Source of the DNA: Desulfonatronovibrionaceae bacterium
GTDB lineage: Bacteria; Desulfobacterota; Desulfovibrionia; Desulfovibrionales; Desulfonatronovibrionaceae
Direction of reading: 5' to 3'
DNA length: 64,000 nucleotides
NCBI GenBank assembly: GCA_046539845.1
Contig: JBKHGE010000008.1
Span: forward strand, 1-64,000
Positions 60,631-64,000 of the stretch are shown one piece after another. Position 1 is the stretch's first letter; each line of letters starts with the position of its first letter. The translations under genes were made by a program, and so were the position numbers. The notes below the pieces were generated by a model. That model was not told the DNA's origin, did not search any database, and was given only the letters and a program-made list of their open reading frames with translations.

Positions 60631-61069
60631 TAACCGCCTCGTTCACGGCCAGGTCATTGAGACCTGGCTCCCGTACACCCGCTCCGGTCATTTGTTCGTG
60701 GCCAACGACGAGCTGGCTGCAGATCCTGTACGCCAGGAGATAATGGCCCTGGCCATACCCGTGGGCATCACTGTGCACTATTCCGGGATTAGGGAGCTGC
60801 CGCGATGGATAAGCTCGGATGTGCGCGAGGATTCTTTTATCCTGTTTGCCAACTGCCCGGATGCCAGGGTCGCGTTCGAGTCCGGGTTGGACTTCAGTGT
60901 TCTCAATGTCGGTAATTTGCACTATGCCCCGGGCAAAAAACAGATCTGCGCCCATATAGCGGTAGGGCCAGAGGATATCTCCTGCCTGAAGTCTTTTGCG
61001 AGCAAAGGGGTGTCATTGGATTTCAGGTGTGTACCGCATAAATCAGTGCAGGTGGGCAAATGGCATTGA
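60611..61069 (+). CDS. PTS mannose-class IIB component
   Basis: RIDNRLVHGQV. Confidence 0.93.
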   Translation: MMWVRIDNRLVHGQVIETWLPYTRSGHLFVANDELAADPVRQEIMALAIPVGITVHYSGIRELPRWISSDVREDSFILFANCPDARVAFESGLDFSVLNVGNLHYAPGKKQICAHIAVGPEDISCLKSFASKGVSLDFRCVPHKSVQVGKWH

Positions 61070-61770
61070 CTTTGTGGGCATCCGAATGGACTATTTTGCT
61101 TTTGGCCGCGCTCTTTGCCTTCTTTTCTCTGTTTCGGTATTCGGTCAATCTGGGGTTTGTGGAGCGTCCCCTGGTGCAGGGGGTCATTTGGGGCCTTATT
61201 TTCGGCCGGCCGGATTTGGGTCTGAATATTGGCATTTTTTTCGAACTCTTGTGGCTGGATCTGTTCCCGGCCGGCACATTCATCCCCCCCCAATCGGTTT
61301 TCGCTGTGTTCGCTTCCGTGTCCTTGGGCCGGCTTACGGGTGTGTCCGCCCCGGAGCAGGTGTTTGCACTCATTTTGGCCTGTATCCCTCTGGCCTTTGC
61401 CGCCAGCTGGCTGGAGAACAAGCAGAGGGAGTGGCAGAACAAGAACTATAATCTGATTCTGCGCTGGGCCTCGCGTAAGCAACACCATGCCGGGCCGGAA
61501 AAAATGGTCCTTTTTTCCCTAGGGCAGCAGGTACTCGTAAACACCCTGTTCGCGGCCGCCTCCCTGTTTGTCCTTTTGTTCGCCGCTAGCTGGCTTTTGC
61601 CCTATGTGCCGAACATAGAGATCATTACCTGGCCCGTACTCTGGCTTGCGGCCGCAGTAGGCGGGATCATGTCCCTCAGGCTGCGCCGGGCGTATACCCT
61701 TTTTTTCTGTGGCTTGGCCGGGGCCGGAGGGATCATGCTTGCCGGCTGGCTGGATCTGCTCTCTGTTTGA
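61060..61770 (+). CDS. PTS mannose-class IIC-like membrane protein
   Basis: ERPLV, GIFFELLWL..PAGTFIPP. Confidence 0.82.
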   Translation: MALTLWASEWTILLLAALFAFFSLFRYSVNLGFVERPLVQGVIWGLIFGRPDLGLNIGIFFELLWLDLFPAGTFIPPQSVFAVFASVSLGRLTGVSAPEQVFALILACIPLAFAASWLENKQREWQNKNYNLILRWASRKQHHAGPEKMVLFSLGQQVLVNTLFAAASLFVLLFAASWLLPYVPNIEIITWPVLWLAAAVGGIMSLRLRRAYTLFFCGLAGAGGIMLAGWLDLLSV

Positions 61771-61804
61771 TAGCAACCCACAGGCCTGATAAGTCCCTAA
61801 AATT

Positions 61805-61845
61805 TGCACCTCCCCCGGCACTCAGGCAGTGCCGGGGGAGGTGCA
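61805..61845. terminator. Long GC-rich inverted repeat between convergent genes
   Basis: TGCACCTCCCCCGGCACT-CAGGC-AGTGCCGGGGGAGGTGCA, 18-bp perfect stem. Confidence 0.7.
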
Positions 61846-61873
61846 TTGTCAAAAGTACGCTTAGCACTCTCGA

Positions 61874-64000
61874 TCAAAGCACCGGGAACACGTTTTCCAG
61901 ATCCACACCGTCTTTTTGGGCCTGTTCTATTTTGGCCTGAGAACCAAGTATGGAGATCATCTCCCGGTCCATGACTCGATCCAGGGCAGCGGCGAATTCC
62001 CGAATGTCCTCCGGGGTACAGCCCAGGACCTGGTCCCGGATTTTTTGTCTTTGGGCGTTGTCGATTCCAGCCAGGTAACGGGTCAGGGCGGTAAAGCCCT
62101 TGGCGTCTGGGAGTTGATAGGCATCCAGAGCGCCAATGGTCCCAATGACCGCCTTTTCCAGCTCATCTCCGGACAAATCCGCATGCTTGAGTTCTTTGGC
62201 GCTGGAATCAAAAGCAGCCAGGGTTTCGGTCACATTCGGGTCCCGGTAGGAGAGAAAGCTCATCAGTCCGGACAAGTGGTCGAAATTGCAAAACGCTCCG
62301 TACGCCCCGCCCATAACCCGAATCTTTTCCCACAGGTAGCCGGTTCGCAAGTATTTGGAGGCCACCAGGGCAGCGGCATGGAAGTCGTATCCGCCCTCGT
62401 AGAGATCCACCGCCTTGCCCACGTAATTGACCTGGGCGGGCAGGGTGATACCCTCATGGCCCGGGAGGCAGCCCGGTCTCCAGGCCGCGGGTGATATATC
62501 CCTGTCCTCAAATCCGGAGACAAATCCTTTCAATCTCTCCACTGTCTCCTCCAGGTCCTTTTCCTCTGCGGTCACGTTAAAGATAAAGGCGTTTTTGTGC
62601 ACCAGGATGTGATGGATGTCCCGGAGGCAGTGCAGGACCTCGTCCCAATTGGATTCAATCCTGGTCAACAGGTGGCGCAGGAATATGAGATGGCTTATGC
62701 CGCTCATATGTTCCTGGACCCATCCGGCTTCGGTGAATCTTGCCTTGAGCCGCATGGCCACCACCTGGTGTCCGGCCGGGATGAGCATTTGTTCCAGGCC
62801 GGCCTTTTCCTCCAGGACGATCTGTCGGAACCGCTCTCGGTTGTCCAGTCGGGGCGAGGTCAATACATCGGTCAGGATGTCCAAGAGTTTGCCGGTCTGG
62901 CCGCCCAAAGCCTTGCCGCGTAAGAAGAGCCAGGAGGAGCTGTCTTTTTGCCCCTGTACCTGATGGGAGAACGGCATCGGGGAAAGGCCGCCGCATTCGC
63001 GCCGGATACGGGTGGTCAAGCGGACAAAATCCTCGCGATCGGTTCCGGTCTCCAAAAGGGCCCGGGCAAACAAGGGGATAAACGGGATGTATTTTTGGGG
63101 CAGCAGATGGGTATTCAGGCCCAGATCCAGGTAAACTATTCCCGATGTGGGCAGCTCGTGACCGAGGACCTTTACTCCTGCGGCCTCTTTGATCGCCGTA
63201 GGGATTTTCTTTATTTCTCTGTCCAGATCCTCGCGGTTCAGACGGGGGATTTTGGCCAGGTCCTCCGGCTTGTCCGGTGCGGACTGCATCTCCTGTAGAT
63301 CCCGGGTCCGGGTGAGCACCCGGCCCAGTTCGGAATCGTTCATTTCTTCTTTTATCCGGCTCAAACGTTCCTGCTCCTTTCGGAGCATCCTTTCCTCCAA
63401 TTCGGTATCCGGATGCAGTTCAAGTGTGGTCCGGTGCCCATTGTCCAAGAAGTATTCCCGAATCAAACCCTCAAAAAGGTCTTCCCGGTTCTTAATTCTG
63501 AGCTTTATTTCTTCCAGCTGAGGCTCGAAGTGTAGGATCTCGAACGGGGAGCCGTTATAGAGCCAGGTGGTCAGGCTGCGCAGCATGACCGCCAGACCAC
63601 GGGGGAAGGAGCCGGTATTGTTCTCCCGCAGGCTGAATTCCACTGTGTTCAGGGCGGCCTCGACTATCTCCGGGTCCAGGCCGGAGTCCGCCAGTTCCTG
63701 AAGCGTGGACATGACCACCTCTTCCACCTGGGGTGCATCCTCAGCTGCCAGACCTCTCAGGCCCACGGAGTAAAACATTTGTTTTAGCTCGGTTTCCAGG
63801 CCGAATCCGGCCAGGTCCTCGCCCAGGCCGGAGTCTATAAGCCTTTTGCGCAGCGGCGAGGCGGGCATCCCGATCAGGATATAGTTCAAAACGCGTAGGC
63901 AAAGATTGGTAAATATGTCCTCAGTATCCGGCAACAGCCAGTTCACCGTGGCCATGGTCCCTTTTTTGGCCTGTTCAGGGCTGGCGCTGTAATATTTTTT
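61874..64000 (-). CDS. M16C (presequence protease/insulinase family) metallopeptidase, 5' part outside the window
   Basis: EFSLRENNTGSFPRGL, YLWEKIRVMGGAYGA, SYRDPN. Confidence 0.92.
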   Translation of the reverse strand, partial: KKYYSASPEQAKKGTMATVNWLLPDTEDIFTNLCLRVLNYILIGMPASPLRKRLIDSGLGEDLAGFGLETELKQMFYSVGLRGLAAEDAPQVEEVVMSTLQELADSGLDPEIVEAALNTVEFSLRENNTGSFPRGLAVMLRSLTTWLYNGSPFEILHFEPQLEEIKLRIKNREDLFEGLIREYFLDNGHRTTLELHPDTELEERMLRKEQERLSRIKEEMNDSELGRVLTRTRDLQEMQSAPDKPEDLAKIPRLNREDLDREIKKIPTAIKEAAGVKVLGHELPTSGIVYLDLGLNTHLLPQKYIPFIPLFARALLETGTDREDFVRLTTRIRRECGGLSPMPFSHQVQGQKDSSSWLFLRGKALGGQTGKLLDILTDVLTSPRLDNRERFRQIVLEEKAGLEQMLIPAGHQVVAMRLKARFTEAGWVQEHMSGISHLIFLRHLLTRIESNWDEVLHCLRDIHHILVHKNAFIFNVTAEEKDLEETVERLKGFVSGFEDRDISPAAWRPGCLPGHEGITLPAQVNYVGKAVDLYEGGYDFHAAALVASKYLRTGYLWEKIRVMGGAYGAFCNFDHLSGLMSFLSYRDPNVTETLAAFDSSAKELKHADLSGDELEKAVIGTIGALDAYQLPDAKGFTALTRYLAGIDNAQRQKIRDQVLGCTPEDIREFAAALDRVMDREMISILGSQAKIEQAQKDGVDLENVFPVL

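Noticed and set aside
1075..63521. Numerous overlapping antisense or alternate-frame ORFs in the ORF track (for example 1806-2546, 9962-10702, 25539-26396, 41876-42832)
   Set aside because: They are shadows of well-supported genes in GC-rich DNA with no recognisable motifs.
1..64000. CRISPR arrays, tRNA/rRNA genes, IS elements, prophage or defence genes
   Set aside because: No regularly spaced repeats, RNA gene signatures, transposase, integrase or phage proteins were recognised by eye.

Overview
Mostly core-genome segment of a sulfate-reducing Desulfovibrionales-type bacterium (inferred from gene content). It carries alr, moaA, sirC-ccsA-hemA, a [NiFeSe] hydrogenase operon with an in-frame selenocysteine UGA plus SECIS, ettA, a split-Soret cytochrome c next to an OrpR-like sigma54 activator, an MCP, a pst/pho operon, SMUG1, a polar amino-acid ABC transporter, lptFG, aroQ-efp, and the pyrG-kdsA-kdsC-lptCAB-rpoN-hpf-ptsN-rapZ-PTS cluster. 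The accessory part is a type IV pilin locus (about 16.7-25.6 kb): pilA, a PilG/XapA-like gene, a PilH/PilI-type ABC transporter, a TMTC-like GT-C/TPR glycosyltransferase, a DPM1-like GT2, two low-GC sulfotransferases and a flippase-like membrane protein, i.e. a candidate pilin glycosylation-plus-sulfation system. The PilG/XapA-like gene appears to start at 17339 and read through an in-frame UGA in a U-x-x-x-C motif followed by a SECIS-like hairpin, making it a candidate undescribed selenoprotein missed by the ORF track. The msrA at the left edge is frameshifted. No rRNA, tRNA, CRISPR array or transposase was recognised. All calls come from reading motifs by eye; no searches were run.
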